Source: Chrysomallon squamiferum (Eukaryota; Animalia; Mollusca). From it: a DNA stretch of 64,000 nt. Shown piece by piece: positions 13,086-27,795 of this stretch; the stretch's first letter is position 1; each line of letters starts with the position of its first letter. The stretch is from NCBI GenBank assembly GCA_012295275.1, contig CM022670.1:28334001-28398000 (forward strand), written 5' to 3'. The position numbers and the translations under genes were made by a program. Under the pieces are notes generated by a model. That model saw nothing but the letters and a program-made list of their open reading frames with translations. It did not search any database and was not told the DNA's origin.

Positions 13086-16000
13086 TAACTCAGTGAAAAT
13101 CAACAGACTGAATGAGAGAGGAATGTCAATCAGTCACACAGTCAAATGATGGAAAGAACTTGATATTACATGGGTAAATAATTTAATTAGTGACAGTTCA
13201 ACACATTTTAAAAATTAAATGAATTATTAGGATCAAAATACAGAGATGTTAGCAAGGGACATTGCATATGCACTTTCACAGACAGGTGAGCACACCCTAA
13301 ACTTTGATAAACCACTAAAGAAAAACGGGTTTTTAAAAGTGAAAGAACCCAACACCGAACATTGCTGATGAAGCAGCTCATCTAAATAATTAAGTGGATA
13401 ACTCTAACCACTGAGCCACAGCCTCCTTCCCTTTCCACCTGTGACTGACATGTTTGTTTGTTGCTAATGAAAGCAGATGTTATTGTTAATGGTGTTGTTG
13501 GTTTTTTACTTCACTTAATCAATTGCTGTTTCCAATTTGACGCCAGACTGTGTAAACTTAGTATAATCATATTATACACCTCCAAGACCACACATTCTAG
13601 ACTTCACTCAGAGTGAAAACTGATGGTTTTAATCAGATTTTTTTCCCCCTCAGTTTGTGTGAATCTTTGACTTTATAGTTTACTTCTGCTGTGGTATGAA
13701 GAAAGAGGCCCCCAAAAACTAAATTAAGCCCAACAGAAAAATATGTGTTAATTATTTCTGAAATGTAATAAAATTACATTTTTTCTCTCTCTCTCTCACT
13801 TTCTTTCTCCATCTCTGTGTGTGGGTATATTTGTGAGATAAATCATCCAGACAGTGTATTTTTCAGTGTGTGTGTCTTACTGTCTGAAAGATCTGTATTT
13901 GTGTCTCTAAATGTTTTGTTTGTGTGTGTGTAGCAGTTCATTTACAGCTTTAAGTTACTCTTTTGGGGTGTGGCTGTGCAGTATATAAACTAACTTCACC
14001 AGATTCTGCCTATCTGATCTCTTTGACTTATCACAAGTCCATCCCAGTTTCTTCAACTCCACCATCATCCTATACACATCTCCCTTTATACTGCTTCAAC
14101 AAACCATAAACCAAAGTTGTTTTTCTCAATCTTTTTATTCCCAAAGAAAATCTGATACAAGTGGTACACTAACAAAACAAAACAGAAAGAAAAAGCCAAG
14201 ATGCCAACATGGGTGATCTGTTATAGTTTCATGTATACAGAACTGGGCCTTTAATTAAACATTTCCATTTTCATTTAGTTTAAATAATAAATATTTATTT
14301 TTCTGTGACAAGCAGTTGCACACTTAATGGCAGCTTGTGACAGCTTGAGTAAATACAAGGTGATGGTGACTGAGAACATATTCCATATTTCTTTCCCATC
14401 TGTTTTTGTGTTTTATTTTTTCAACAGAATAATTAAAATTTGTATTATTAAAAAATAAAATCTTTAAATGAGTCCCCCACTTGAACAAACAGAACAGTAT
14501 ATGGTTTATAAAGTTTTCTCAATCTATCTAGATATAGAGGATGAGAAGTATTTAACATCTCTCTTTTTACTGTGATAATTTCTATACTGAAACTGGACAA
14601 TATTTATAAATGTTTGTGTTTTTTTTATTTTTTAAATGAGCTTGTCATGGTTGTATTCAGTATATTTCCAGTGAGTTCACTAAACCTGTAATGTCATTTT
14701 ACTTAAGAAAGAATGAAACCATATTTTTTTATTTTGTATATTGTGAGCTTCAAGCTATTATATAATTATTTAAAGTCACAGATACTGAACAATATGAAAT
14801 CAGTTTATTTAAAGTAAATGTGACTGCAGACATATAAAAAGTGGGCTCTTTTTTTTTGTATAGTGTACAAAACTCTTTTTCACCGTCTATCAAAGAATGA
14901 GATAGAGAGAGATACAGACATAAACACATACACATACACACACATACGCATTCCTCTGTGTTTTTAAAAATATATGTTGACGTGTTAATTTAGCAGAAAA
15001 CTCTAACAGTTGCTTCTGATGTAAATCTTTTATTTTTATGACAGTTTTCTAGAAACATGTAAGCTATCTCATATTTCATCAAGGTGGTGGGTTTTTTCCT
15101 GTTACTTAACACCAGGCCAAGAACCCGTGACAGGTGATTTAGCACCTAGCCAGGTAGAAAGTGTTACGTACAGAATAATTTCAACATTATTACTGTCATA
15201 TATGTCCTTTTCTCTACATCCACTGAAGCATTTTATTATTTTTAGAGGTGGTTTTAAAAATGTTTGCAGCATAGTTTAATAATGAATGTTTTAATATTAT
15301 TAGTTTCTTTATATATTCTTTACTGTCTTATACACCATTGAGGTATATATATATATTTTTTTTTTAATTGCAGTTTGGCAATGGACTGCTAAGTAAAGGA
15401 TATTTATTATTATTTAGTGACACTTCTGTCCTTTACATTATAATCACTGAAATATATTATTATTATTATTAGCATCAGTGAAGTATGTAATTATTATTAG
15501 CAAGCATTTAAGAAGTTTATTGTTTGGTTATGGACTATTAAAAGAAAAATATTTAAAATTTATTAATGTTATTTCTGTCCTTTATGGTACAAACGATTAT
15601 ATATATTGTTACTGTTAGAGTCATTGAAGCATATAATTTTTATTATTGGTAATTTTAAGAAGTTTGGTTATGGAATATTAAATAAAAAACATTTCTAAAT
15701 TCAGTGTCATAACTCTTCTTTATTTGTACAGACACTGAAGCTTATTATTATTAGTGTCACTGAATTATATAATTATTATTGGTGGTCATTTAAAAAGTTC
15801 ACTGCTTGGTTATAATAGACTGTTATATACAGAACATTAGTGTCATATCTTTTTTTTTTTTACTGTACAGCCACTGAAGTATATAAGTGTTATTAGCAAT
15901 CTTTTAAAATCTATTGCAGTAATGTTACAAACTGTCAAATAAAATATATTATTTATTTCATTAGTGTTATTTGTGTTATTTACTATTCAAGTACTGAAGT

Positions 16001-16524
16001 GAGAAAGCAAGTGGTCATTTAAAACAGTTTGTAGTTTGAGTTGTAATAAATGCGATAAATAATGGATTATAATTCAGGTTTGTATATAGACAGAAACAAC
16101 TGTACTGTTTCAGATACAGACACATGTACATACACATGAACAACCCTCTCTCACACACACACACACATATGTACATACATACATACACTCACATACATGT
16201 ACATACACACATACATTACATCCATCCATACATATAAAAAATAAACACAAGTGATTACTTTAAATAAATCAGGTTGATGTTACTCTGTAGAATAAAACAG
16301 TAATTACCATGTACTTTATCTCACCACTACTCTACTTTGTCACTCTACAGTATCATGTCTGTGTTATTTATTGCTCTAATTAAATCTATTTTTATTGACC
16401 ACTTCCCAACAATGCTGTACTATCTATTGTTCAGCTTTATTGAATCATAAACAACTGTTCTCAGGATGCAGCGGCCGCACTGGCGATCCTTTGATGTGCG
16501 ATATTTTCAGCACAACCTATAGAA

Positions 16525-17180
16525 CAAGTCCACAATGGTTATATCCAAGTAATTGTCCTCACTTTCATAAAAACATTTAGAAATGGAAAGCTGTACTTGA
16601 TGTGAGTGGGAGGTTTAAAATAGCTGTATATCCCTTGATGTGCAAGCAGTACATGTATTAGAGTCTATACAAAAAGTCCAAAAATGCATATGTCCAAATT
16701 ATTGTACACACTTCTCAACAAAAAAAAGCCCATTAAGAATGGAAAACTGTATATTTTATGAGTTAAGAGTTTGAAATACCTAAACAAAGATACATCCCTT
16801 GATGTGCAGCAGATTCAGCAGAGTCTATAAAAGAAGTACTAGAATGCATATGTGCAAATAATTGTTCTCACTTGCATAGAAACATAAAACTTGAGTTAGG
16901 AGTTTCAAAGAATTTGCACAAAGATAACCCTTTTGTTTTATGCATGCAGAACTTGTAAAAAACATCCAGTGGAAGATATTGCCAAGTAATTATTATCACT
17001 TTCATAAAAACATTAAGGAAGGAAAACTGTACTTTCTATGATGAGGAGTTTGAAAGGATTCACACAAAGATAATCAGTAATGTCATTAACCAAGGAAGAC
17101 TGTACTGCTATGACGATAATTTATGAAAAGAATGAAAAAAAAAAAAATTGAACACAAAGATAATCACTGATATTGTTAAA
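16525..17180. repeat. Degenerate tandem array (AAGTAATT..TCACTTTCATAAAAACATT..GGAAAACTGTACT..GAGTTTGAAA..ACAAAGATA)
   Basis: The motif chain repeats 4-5 times; related units occur again at 20440-20850. Confidence 0.65.
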
Positions 17181-20100
17181 AACTGTTCTGTGGAGATGTA
17201 ATATGTCTTTCATTTCATTGTCACAGTGTTGGTCACTGAAGTGTGTGATTGGACAAACATGATAAGATGTAATTATGAGAGAAAAGCGGTATTCCCCATG
17301 GTCGAGTCTGGTGTTTTTATATGTTGTGCAAACAAGGCGAGCTGCAACTGTAATGGCTTTATGTTTGGTCTTGTATTTGACGTCAGTTACGTTCGATCAT
17401 AAAAATCCATTTTGGAAGTGAGTGGATGCTGAAGGCATTGGTTGTTCTAATTACTTCAGCAAATGCCTCACAATTTTTTCTTTTATGTCATTTTTTTTTT
17501 TTTTCATCTATCCTCGTCATTTAGCTTTAAGAAATTTTTGCTAACAATTGTTTTGTTCTCTTTTTCTATTCACTTCAATTTTTTTCCAATTTTCTTTTCA
17601 AACTGATCATTTGCTTGCAGAAATTTTGTTACAATGTCTTGTCTTTTTCATTTTGAATCACTTTCATTTTTTTTGCCAGCTTTTTTCTTTCAGCCTTTCA
17701 TTGTTTATTGCAGTCATTTTATTATTTTTTTCATCTTGTTTTCATTTTATTTATTTATTTATTACTATTATTATTTTTTAATAATGCCTTCAGAAATTTT
17801 GTTTGTAATTCTTTTCGTATCCTTTTTTTTTTTAAATTTTAGTTTTATTTCTATTTGCATTTTCCTCCTGACCACAGACTCACAGAAGATAGTTACAAAC
17901 TGTGTTATTATTTTATCTCTTTACTCTTTATACTAATTTTATTTTATTTTATCTTATTTATTAATTTTTTTCATCTCTTTTTAGTTCTCAATACATTTTT
18001 TTTTAGCAATTCTTATACCCATTCCTTTCTTTATATCACTTTAAATTTTAAATTTCCGTTTCTTTATATTTATTTATGTACATTATGCATATACTTTTTA
18101 CCTCCCTTTTTCTACTTGCTAATGAGTATTTGTGGGTGAAATTCAAAACTGAAACTTGTTTGTGTGTGTTTGAGCCACATGAAATGGGAAATGTAATTAG
18201 TTTGGCAGATTAATTTTCTTTGCAACTTTGTGATTGCTTCCAATTAACATGTCAGTTTCATGTTTCTGTGAATTAAGTCTGAAGATAACAGCATCAGCTG
18301 TCTTTTTATTTTATTACTAACGTCCTAAAAAAAAAAAATTATTTTATTTAATGCTGTGGTGGATTTTAGTGTATTTTGGTGTTTTTTTTACCTTAATGTT
18401 TTATTTTTTATTTATTTTATTTTTTATTTTTATTTTTTGTATAGTATTACCAACTATTAAATAAAAAATCTTCTTATTTTTTTTTCTTGTCTTGGTGTTC
18501 TTTTTATTACTGTTTAAAATCTTTTGTTCTTTTTATTTAATGTTCAAAAAAAAATTCTTTTGTTACTTTCATTTGTTTTGCTTTTTTTTTATTTTTCATT
18601 GTGTTAAAGTTCATCTCTTTTGCTGAAAATGTTAATGCTATTGCTTTAGAAAAAAATCTGTTATTTAACTATTGTTTTTATTTATTTCTTTCCTTTTTCT
18701 CATTACTTTTGTTCTCTGTATTTTTTTTATTGTTAATACATAATATTATCATGCTAATAATTGTTTGTTTGCTTATTCAAGACTCAGAAACAACAAATTT
18801 ATCTTGAAAAAAGATTTAAAACTTCAAATAAAAAAACAGCAAAGCAGTTTAGAAAAATAAAATAATAATAAAAATTACTTTAATATCATAACATTTTTTT
18901 TTTAATTTATTTATTTTACTTTTACTTTTTTTTTTTTTTTTTTTTTTTAAATGAGAAGAAACATATAAATAAAAAATTAATTGCAATATCCATTTCATTC
19001 ATGTAATAGAAAAAGCTATAATACTGAGGAAAAAGAAAAAAGAAGAGAGAAAATAAAATAACTAACACATTCAATCAGTTTTTCCACTAATGGCTTTTGA
19101 ACCAAGAACCCTTTACACAGCAATGATGAAATTCTTCCATTTTCTACTCCGCTGCAGACATTTTCCCCAAAGATTAAACTTCAGTAAATCACTTTTTTTT
19201 CTCTCTTCATTACACAAAGTCTCTTCGAATGTTCAAAATTTCTTTTACATAGATGTAGAGATATTGTGTGAAGGGAAATGCAGTCTGTTAAGCAAAGCCA
19301 GTGTAATAGATCAAACTGTCACAGAAGGTGCTGGGACCCCTATCCGCAGTGAAATCAGTTGAAACCTCAAAAGTGTCATTTGCTGCAATAAATGACCTAC
19401 AGTTATTGAAATCTATGACCTGTTTGGAATGTGGTTTGAAATAACAGGAATTTACGACAAAGAATAACTCTTTAAGCTTTATTAACATCTCAAAAGCCTT
19501 GTTTGCATCTCAGCAATCAAAGTTATGTCTCAGAATGATTTATTTCTTGATTTGTGTGTTATATACTTTGTAAATATTTGATCAATCACTGTTGTTATTT
19601 TTTTAAAAAGAAGATTTATGTGGATGTGTGAAGATGTGCAAAGTTGTAAAGGAAAGTGGTACTAAGAAGAAAAAGAAAAAATCTTTTTTAAAAAAATTTT
19701 AAATTTTCATTTCAATTTTTGTATCATAACTCAAGTTTTTGGAGAAGCAATGAAACAGTACAGTTATTTCAGACTAAATAAAACTGTTTATTGATGTTAT
19801 AATTGTGATTTAAAAAAGAAAAACATTTTTAAAGCAAGGTTTGTGGATATATAAAATAATTTCACCATAAATGAAAATAATATTAATTTAAAGTTTAATG
19901 TTTCCTTCATGGCATTAATTTGTAAAGTACTTATAACTTACTACATTAATATTAATAATGTGGATGATAATGATAAATAAATTTAAAAATTAATAAATAA
20001 ATAAATAAAGTAATAATTCTAGTTTTAAATGGATAAATCTGAAGATGAAGAAGACAAAAGTTGTCTCTGAAAGCTTGTTATCTCTTTGTTAATCCTTCTT

Positions 20101-21878
20101 AATCTCTTTAATGAATATTTAATGCACTTTAGCACTGCTACTGAGAAGAATGGCTGGAGTGTTCTGTTCCATATTACTGTCATTTCTTCTTTTTTTAAAT
20201 CCTGTTTTACTAATATTCCCTTTGGCCATGAAGGATATTTGACCAATAATTCTAATTGATGAATTGAACCCAAGTGTGACGGGAATATTTGAAAAGAAAA
20301 CACTCAGTTCTTAAAAGCATGAAGAAGCTTTATTAACAAGCCTGAATTAAAAAAAATATTGTGCTGACAAGATTTGTTTTGGGTCTTTTTTTTTTTTATG
20401 ATACTTCTGAAAGCACTGAAGCTTGTCCTAGTTGTACGGTGTTTTAAAGAGAAAAACTGTACTATATTGAAAGCATTTGTGAAAGATAATTATTAGTTAT
20501 ATTGTCATTAAGAATAAAAATAAGGAGTTTGAAAGCATTTGCTCTAAGATAATTATATTATCATTAAGAAAGAAAAACTAACTACTTGAACAAAATAATT
20601 TTAAAAAGGATTTTTAGAAACCTAAGCAGTTTTATTTACTATCTCTAACAAAGGAAAACTGAACTGATAAAAACGAGGAGTTTGAAATTTCTAGCACAAT
20701 GATAATCAGTTACAACACTTACTTCAAAGTTTGAATACTGTTATTGCTTTGAAAGAGGAGTTTGAACAAAAATTATTAGTTGATAATATGAGTGACTACT
20801 TACTGTGAATCAGGTGTTTGAAATTGTTTACACAAAAATAATAAGTTTATTTTATCAAAATTGGACATGTTCATTTTTAATGCTAGGTCTTGTTAATAAA
20901 GAGAAACAGTATAAATGTAGTTTTGTTGTCATATTTTGAAGAGGAATATTACTGAAATATGTGAACTTACTGAAGTGTAAAATGATTACAAATTTCTATT
21001 TCAACCACTGATAATTGAAATATCAAACTCAAAACTACAGCCTTTATCCATACTTCCTGCTTCTTTTCTCCCTTTTTTCATTAGCATAAAGCATAAAGCA
21101 GAATACAGCTATTATGTTCTTCTTTTTTAATTTTTCCTGCATTATATTTTATTTCCAAATACAAAATATAATTTTGAAAAATAAACAGAAAATAGATTTA
21201 TAATCATTATTATTCAGATAGTGAGAGAAGTCCACGAGAATGAATAAAGAACTGAAAATATTTTATTATTAATGGTAGTACTGAGACTGAATTTAAAAAG
21301 TTTATTTATGTGTGACAAGCCTATAATAACTGTATGTCTTCACACTGGTTAACAGGCTTTAAAAAAAGTCTTACGGATTCAGTTCATGGTTTGATGTTCT
21401 CATATCAGCGAGGAAACGGGCTTCACCACAGAGTGAGCTATTTTTAATTAGCAGCAAGTAATTTATTTTATACACCATCCTGTTGAAGTGAAAACATAAT
21501 GTAGTGTTTGATAAGCTGACTAGTGAGATCTGGCTAGGATCAGAAATGGTGACGCTTCTGTTTTGAATTTTCAGCTGTAGTTTTCATCCTAAAAAAAAAG
21601 AAGAAATGAAGGAAAAAGATTGTAAAAGAAATATTGGTTAAGAATATAACACAAAAACTAATTAAAAAAACACACTGATAATAACAACAGAAATAACAAC
21701 ATCATAGCAATACAATAACAATTAATAATATTAAAAATAATAGAAATAATAAAACCTTAGTCACTTGTTTCAATTTATAACCATTATCAGTGAGAAAGGT
21801 CCATGAGAAATGCAAATAATGAAATCAATATAATGTTAACAAGAAGAAAAGATCTTTGTCCTCTTTTTTTTCATCAAG

Positions 21879-22125
21879 TTGCTGCTGACAGATCTCATTT
21901 CTATGGACAATTGGTCAACAATTCAGTCTCTGTCCACCTCAAGCAGCCAAACATGACTGACCGCAGGTAAATACCTTCTTCAGTGTAACGGCGTCAAAAT
22001 AAAGCAATGAGGGAACTAAGGCTGCTTGTTTGTCGACAACATCTTGGCAGCAGCACGTCATGATTTTATGTTTTCCAGTGTGACTTTAGCACGGTTGCGG
22101 TTGATATCAATTGTTGACGGTTGTT
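21879..22125 (+). promoter_or_regulatory. Candidate 5' UTR exon / CpG-containing regulatory region of paralog A
   Basis: Donor CAG|GTAAAT at 21966/21967 is followed by a CpG cluster (21990-22120). Predicted intron 21967-22745 is similar in size to that of paralog C. Confidence 0.4.
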
Positions 22126-22758
22126 TGTTTATACACATGGGTGTTGTGGTACTGTCAGTTTTCTGTGATTATTTGGGCAGTGCACAGAACATGGTCACAA
22201 GTGTGTGTACTTAGTTGTTATTTTTAAAAATCAGCTCAACAGCAGACTTTAAAAAATACATATTTATATGCTTTAGCAGTATGACATGTTTGTATTACAC
22301 AGTGGTGCTGTATTGGTCTTCATTTTTAACATTTATATTTTTTTTAAATAATTTTCTTTTGTGCTATTTTTTTCTTTTTCTTTTTCTTTTTTTAAATGGT
22401 GGTGTACACTGAATGCTTCAAAATTAACTTGTTTGGAAAACCTAATTAATATTTTTGTTTAAATTTTTTGTCTTTTAACAGATTTGGTTCATTGTAGTTC
22501 CCATATTAATATTTAAAATATATTTTTTAGATATAATTATGTGTGTGTGTGTGTGTGACTGTGTGTGTGTGTCTGTTATGGCTTTTGTGCTATATCTGTG
22601 TTGTTTGTCTTTGTGTGTGTATTTCTGTGACTGTGTATATTTGTTTATGTAGGTGGATGTAGGTGGCTCTGTATCTTGGTTGATATGTTTGTAGTATACA
22701 GTTTTCAAGTGGGTTGTATTTCATACATTATACTTAATATTTCAGATGAATATTTGTG

Positions 22759-23868
22759 ATGACCAGTGATCGTGACTTGAGAACAAGTAAATCTGTAGAC
22801 TCAGACATACAGACTATACAGACAGCTTCACAACAAAATGGCTACCAGGAACCAACTACCTCCAGTGTGGTGACAGCAATGAGGAAAACCAGGCGGGTAT
22901 GGATAGCAGGCCTGCCTCTCTGCGCTTTCTTCTACATTGTCTTCTACTGCAACAGTGCAATCTTAGATACTCTCAGCATCAACACATCACCTCTGGACAA
23001 TGTCATCATTTCTGGAGGAGGATTCAGAAAGCTGCTTGAGGAAAAAGCTCGGTTGGCAGAAAAGCAGCAACATTCAAATGGAACTCAGAGACGACTTCCA
23101 CAATGTATTATAATCGGTGTGCGAAAATGTGGTACCCGAGCAATGCTGGAGTTTTTAAATCTCCACCCCCGTATACAAGCAGCAGATCAGGAAATTCATT
23201 TCTTTGACAACAACACAAGGTACAGACTAGGACTGGACTGGTACATGAAGAGCATGCCATTCTCCCAGCCAGACCAGTTGACTTTGGAAAAAACTCCAAA
23301 ATATTTTGTGTCACATGTTGCTCCATCTCGAATTTGGCGGATGAATAATTCTATAAAACTCATCGTCCTGTTAAGACATCCTACAACTCGAGTGATTTCC
23401 GACTACACACAGATATATTACAACAAGCTGGGAAAAAATGAAACGTTGGAGGATTTTGAAAAACTTGTTCTAGATCCTTACACAGGGGAGATAAACACTC
23501 ACTACAAAGCTGTGCAGGTCAGTGTCTATCACCAGCATCTGTCCCGCTGGTTCAACATCTTCTCCAAAGATCAGGTGCACATTGTTGACGGTGACAATCT
23601 TGTTAGTGATCCCATTGCTGAAATCATCAAAGTTGAGAAGTTTCTTGGCTTGGATCACAGAATCACGTATGACAGTGTGTATTTCAACCAGACTCGGGGT
23701 TTCTACTGCTACAGGGTGAACAGGACTACAGAAAGGTGTCTCGGTGCTAGCAAAGGCCGAAAACACCCTGATATAGACCCTGTAGTTGTGAAAAAACTTA
23801 ACAAATTTTTTAAACCACATAACGAACGACTCTTTCGAATGATGAGCAGACGATTTTCATGGAGCTGA
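22759..23868 (+). CDS. HS3ST: Heparan sulfate glucosamine 3-O-sulfotransferase-like protein, paralog A (HS3ST1/5, Hs3st-A group); single coding exon
   Basis: ORF has a signal-anchor (VWIAGLPLCAFFYIVFYC), the 5'-PSB loop IIGVRKCGTRAMLEFL, catalytic EIHFFD, EKTPKYF, 3'-PB RHPTTRVISDYTQ and C-terminal FNQTRGFYC...CLGASKGRKHP. Acceptor TTTCAG ends at 22745. First in-frame ATG is 22759; an alternative start lies at 22879. Confidence 0.95.
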   Translation: MTSDRDLRTSKSVDSDIQTIQTASQQNGYQEPTTSSVVTAMRKTRRVWIAGLPLCAFFYIVFYCNSAILDTLSINTSPLDNVIISGGGFRKLLEEKARLAEKQQHSNGTQRRLPQCIIIGVRKCGTRAMLEFLNLHPRIQAADQEIHFFDNNTRYRLGLDWYMKSMPFSQPDQLTLEKTPKYFVSHVAPSRIWRMNNSIKLIVLLRHPTTRVISDYTQIYYNKLGKNETLEDFEKLVLDPYTGEINTHYKAVQVSVYHQHLSRWFNIFSKDQVHIVDGDNLVSDPIAEIIKVEKFLGLDHRITYDSVYFNQTRGFYCYRVNRTTERCLGASKGRKHPDIDPVVVKKLNKFFKPHNERLFRMMSRRFSWS

Positions 23869-25146
23869 AATTTGAAATTATGATTCTGAATTTTAAAATT
23901 TTTTTTTATTATTATTATGTTATACAGACAGATGTATGAACAAATTATATTTATGAGAAATTTTTCTTGTTAAAAGAAAAACAAAACTGACTTAAGTAAA
24001 TGTTGAGTTAAAAGTGAATGTTTTCAAAAGATATTTAGCAAGGTTATGCATTCTTCTTGCTCAGGGGACAGATCAAGGATTTTAGAAAAAAGTGGGTATC
24101 ACACTTGTGGTGAAGATATAACATTCAAGATGAAATGAGATTTGTTGTTTAAAAAACTCAGTTGGCAATATACAGCAAGCATTTACTCAGTATATTCTGT
24201 GTGGTTCTGTATATGTTGCTCTGTATCCTATCTGACATATTTATCACACTTTCTCAAACTTCATTTCTCTTATAATAATTTAATTCCATTCAGTACCTGT
24301 CATAATACTTTTCTCTTTAAAATTTAGAACATTTCAAAAGAAATTTAGGCACTTTGTAAATGGCATTTAAAACTAAATCCATTAAAAAAAAATTTAAACT
24401 TCTTTGTAACATTAGTGCTAACTTTTAATTATTTCTTTTGCTGAAAAAAAAAAATCATTCTGTAATTAGTGTACATAATATTATATAGTACATGTATAAT
24501 ATTTGTAAAGGGAGGTAATCCTGTTTGTAACATCATCTAAAGAGTAAAGTGCCAAATTAGATCTTTTAAAATGTGGAGAATTTGCTTTTTAATGATTAAT
24601 TAACAGAATTGGTTATTATATACAATCCTGTAGGATCAGTATTAAACTGTATATGCCTTCACTGCCAGATATTTTCTCTGTCATTTACTAAATTAATAAG
24701 TAAATAAAAATTGTAAATTTAAAATAATAATAATAATAATTATATATATAATAAATCATAATAAGTCTTAAAATAAATAACAAATAATCACGATGACTTA
24801 CTGCAGTTTATTTAACAAATCATTTTTAAGAACAGCTTTTTAAAATTATTTCACCATATTAACAGGGTGAAAAGAAGAAAAAGAAACATGAGTTAAAAAA
24901 ACGATACAGTTTGATTTTTAAAATAATTATTCTGCATTACGCTGATTAGTTTGGATGTAAAGGTCATAGTTTATTAATCATCTGAAAGATTTATTTTCAT
25001 CACAGTCACATCCAGGGATACTTTTTGGGCAACATTAATATTCCAATAACACAAACATGCAAACATGCTTTTGGACCATGCTTAATATTAATATTCCAAA
25101 CAATGACAGAATGTAACAAAAATTAACTAATGACATTCCCACTGTT

Positions 25147-25180
<34 letters not shown>

Positions 25181-26950
25181 TAACAATAATAACATTGACT
25201 TTTAACAAAATCAAATAATATCACTTTTATTAGAAATATAGAAGTTGAATATTAGGATGTTTTAAACTTATGATATTAATTACTTTGTTAAAATATGAAG
25301 TTCCATAACACAATTATAACATAAATAAATTAATTAATTAATAAATGTTTTTATAAAATTATAATAAATATTAAATGGCAGGAAAGTTCCTGCATTAATT
25401 ATAGAAATTACGATAGTATTTAGTCATTTACATTGTTATGTCAGGAATGACTGACTGGATATTAATCAGTTAAAATGATAGTAAATTGGATGAACAGAAA
25501 ATAGTTTGTACATCTTTTTGTATGCAGCATAATAATAAAACATAGGTACTATATGACATAAACAATTCTTCAGTGTAAAATAATTTTTATCACTGGATAT
25601 CTACAATGATAAAAAACAAAAGTTAATAAATAAATCAGTCTTAGTAAAATGTATATTTGTGATGATAATCACAGGTTTTCACATTGCCATGAGAAATAAA
25701 ATAAAGTAAATTGTATATCTGGGTGTTATAAAATAACTTACTCTGGCTTTGATTTTATCATTTGGTCTGCATTCATATCTGTCAGAAAACATCAGTGTAA
25801 GATAGGAAATGATTATCTACAACAGATGTTTACGCTATGCTGACAGTGGATTGATGTTTACGTTATTCAGACTATTGATGTTTACGTTATCTTACAAACT
25901 GGCAGGAAGAACACATTTTTCTCAGTGTTAGGTATCATACAAGTCACTTTGGTATGACAGCTGCATGTATGTTATAGCATGTAGTGAAATAACAATGTAA
26001 ATTATTTTATAAAGGTGGTGAAATAAAAAGGTCATATTGTCTAGTCACTTGTAAAATAAAATATTTATTAAATATTTGATATTAATCTTTTTTTTTTTTT
26101 TTAGTTATTATATTAATCTTTTTTTGGATATGTTCATTATTCTGGTGGGTTGCATCATAAATGAAATTATTTTTCACAATTAATGATGCAACTTCTTCCA
26201 TGTTTAATTACTCTTCATGTTATTTAATTTTTTTTAAAGTAAAAGAAATAGGAAGTTTCATTTAGGAAATAAGCTTTAATTAGCATGATTGATATTATTC
26301 TCTTCATTCTAATTGTAAAAGTATTGACAGTCTGTATATGAATATGTATGAGAGAGAGAGAGCAAAGAGAGAGAAAGAGAGACAGAGAGAGAGAAAGAGA
26401 TTTAAAACTATTAACATGAGAATGCCATTATGCTTACATTCTCATTCTTTTCCTTTGAAATGAACTTGTTAAACAGAGCATTTAGAAAAACATCTGTATT
26501 AACTAAAATACAAGACATTAATAATCTATACAAATTACTTGGTAACATGACTTCCAAATTTAGTTTCTTCTATACAGAATAAATAACAGAAGAAAAATTG
26601 TAATTAACTGAATGTATTAAAATATTTAGAAGATGCCTAATTTAACTTGTATACAGAATAAATAACAGAAATCATAATGAAATGTACAGACTTAAGAGAA
26701 AGATGGCTTCCTTGTTTTAACGTGAATACTGAATACATATTAGCAGGTAATGTGAGTGAAATAAAATTATATCTTTGTACAAACATGATGACATTTTCTT
26801 TCAGAAATAAAATATCTCTTGCATAACAATTTGTTTTGTTTTTGTTGATATAAAGTTATTTTCTGAGGTTTTCATTTAATGAAAAAAAGCAGAGAAAAGA
26901 GGTAGTGACATGTTTGATTGGTAAGATTATAAGTAATGTGTACTGCAATA

Positions 26951-26955
<5 letters not shown>

Positions 26956-27036
<81 letters not shown>
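26956..27036. repeat. (GA)n microsatellite
   Basis: About 80 bp of pure GA repeat. Confidence 0.98.
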
Positions 27037-27043
<7 letters not shown>

Positions 27044-27764
27044 TTTGAAGAGAAAGAAATTTATAAAACACTTTAAATAAAAAATAATAATAATAATGAT
27101 AAAAAAAAAATGGTTATCCGAACTTGTATATTTTGTTAAAAGAGATTTTTTAAAACATAATCTAATCTTCAGTGTACCTCTACTCAGTCTCATGACAGCA
27201 CTTACCTTGAAGTTTTAATATCATCATCTTTGAATTAGCCTGTTTCACTGTGTAATTCTTCCTTGTTATATGAGTATTGATTTAAACCAAACCTGTGAAA
27301 GTTTTATCCAGCATTAGTCTCAAAATAGCCTTTGATGTCACATTAATCTCTCACTGTGGTATTGTAATTGTGTAAGTACCTTATAATGTCCCATTCCGAC
27401 ACAGATCAGCTCTTCAGGTGTCAGTTTATGGTGTGGGATGATTGATGTGTCATCATCTCCTCACACATTGTTTAACAGGACAGATACACAGAAAGAAAAT
27501 TATCTTTATTCGATTTTTACTTTAAATTTGTTTTTGTATGTATAGCAGCACATTATTAATAATGAATTTTTAATTTAAATTTCTTTTCGTGTTGTCAGCA
27601 GATTATTTTTTACTGGATTTAAAGTTCAAATTTGTGTTTTATATATTCAACAGATTTACTTTTATTATCATTTTTTCTTTCTTTCTTTCTTTTTTCTTTT
27701 TCTGTTATTATTATTATTATTATTTATTATTATTGTTCATTTTTTCTAAATGTTTTATTATTAC

Positions 27765-27795
<31 letters not shown>

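Noticed and set aside
16464-16490. NotI site in a small GC-rich patch, suggesting linker contamination
   Set aside because: No adjacent vector sequence, and it runs continuously into a local repeat family.
17548-18807. Many F/L/I-rich, membrane-protein-like ORFs here and throughout the window
   Set aside because: Artefacts of T-rich low-complexity DNA.
19090-19488. Two overlapping ORFs in more balanced-composition sequence
   Set aside because: No recognisable protein in any frame I translated; it could be regulatory, but nothing supports that.
23470-23820. Antisense and alternate-frame ORFs over the HS3ST genes (also 23108, 43012, 43101) and over the LINE
   Set aside because: Shadow ORFs of real coding sequence.
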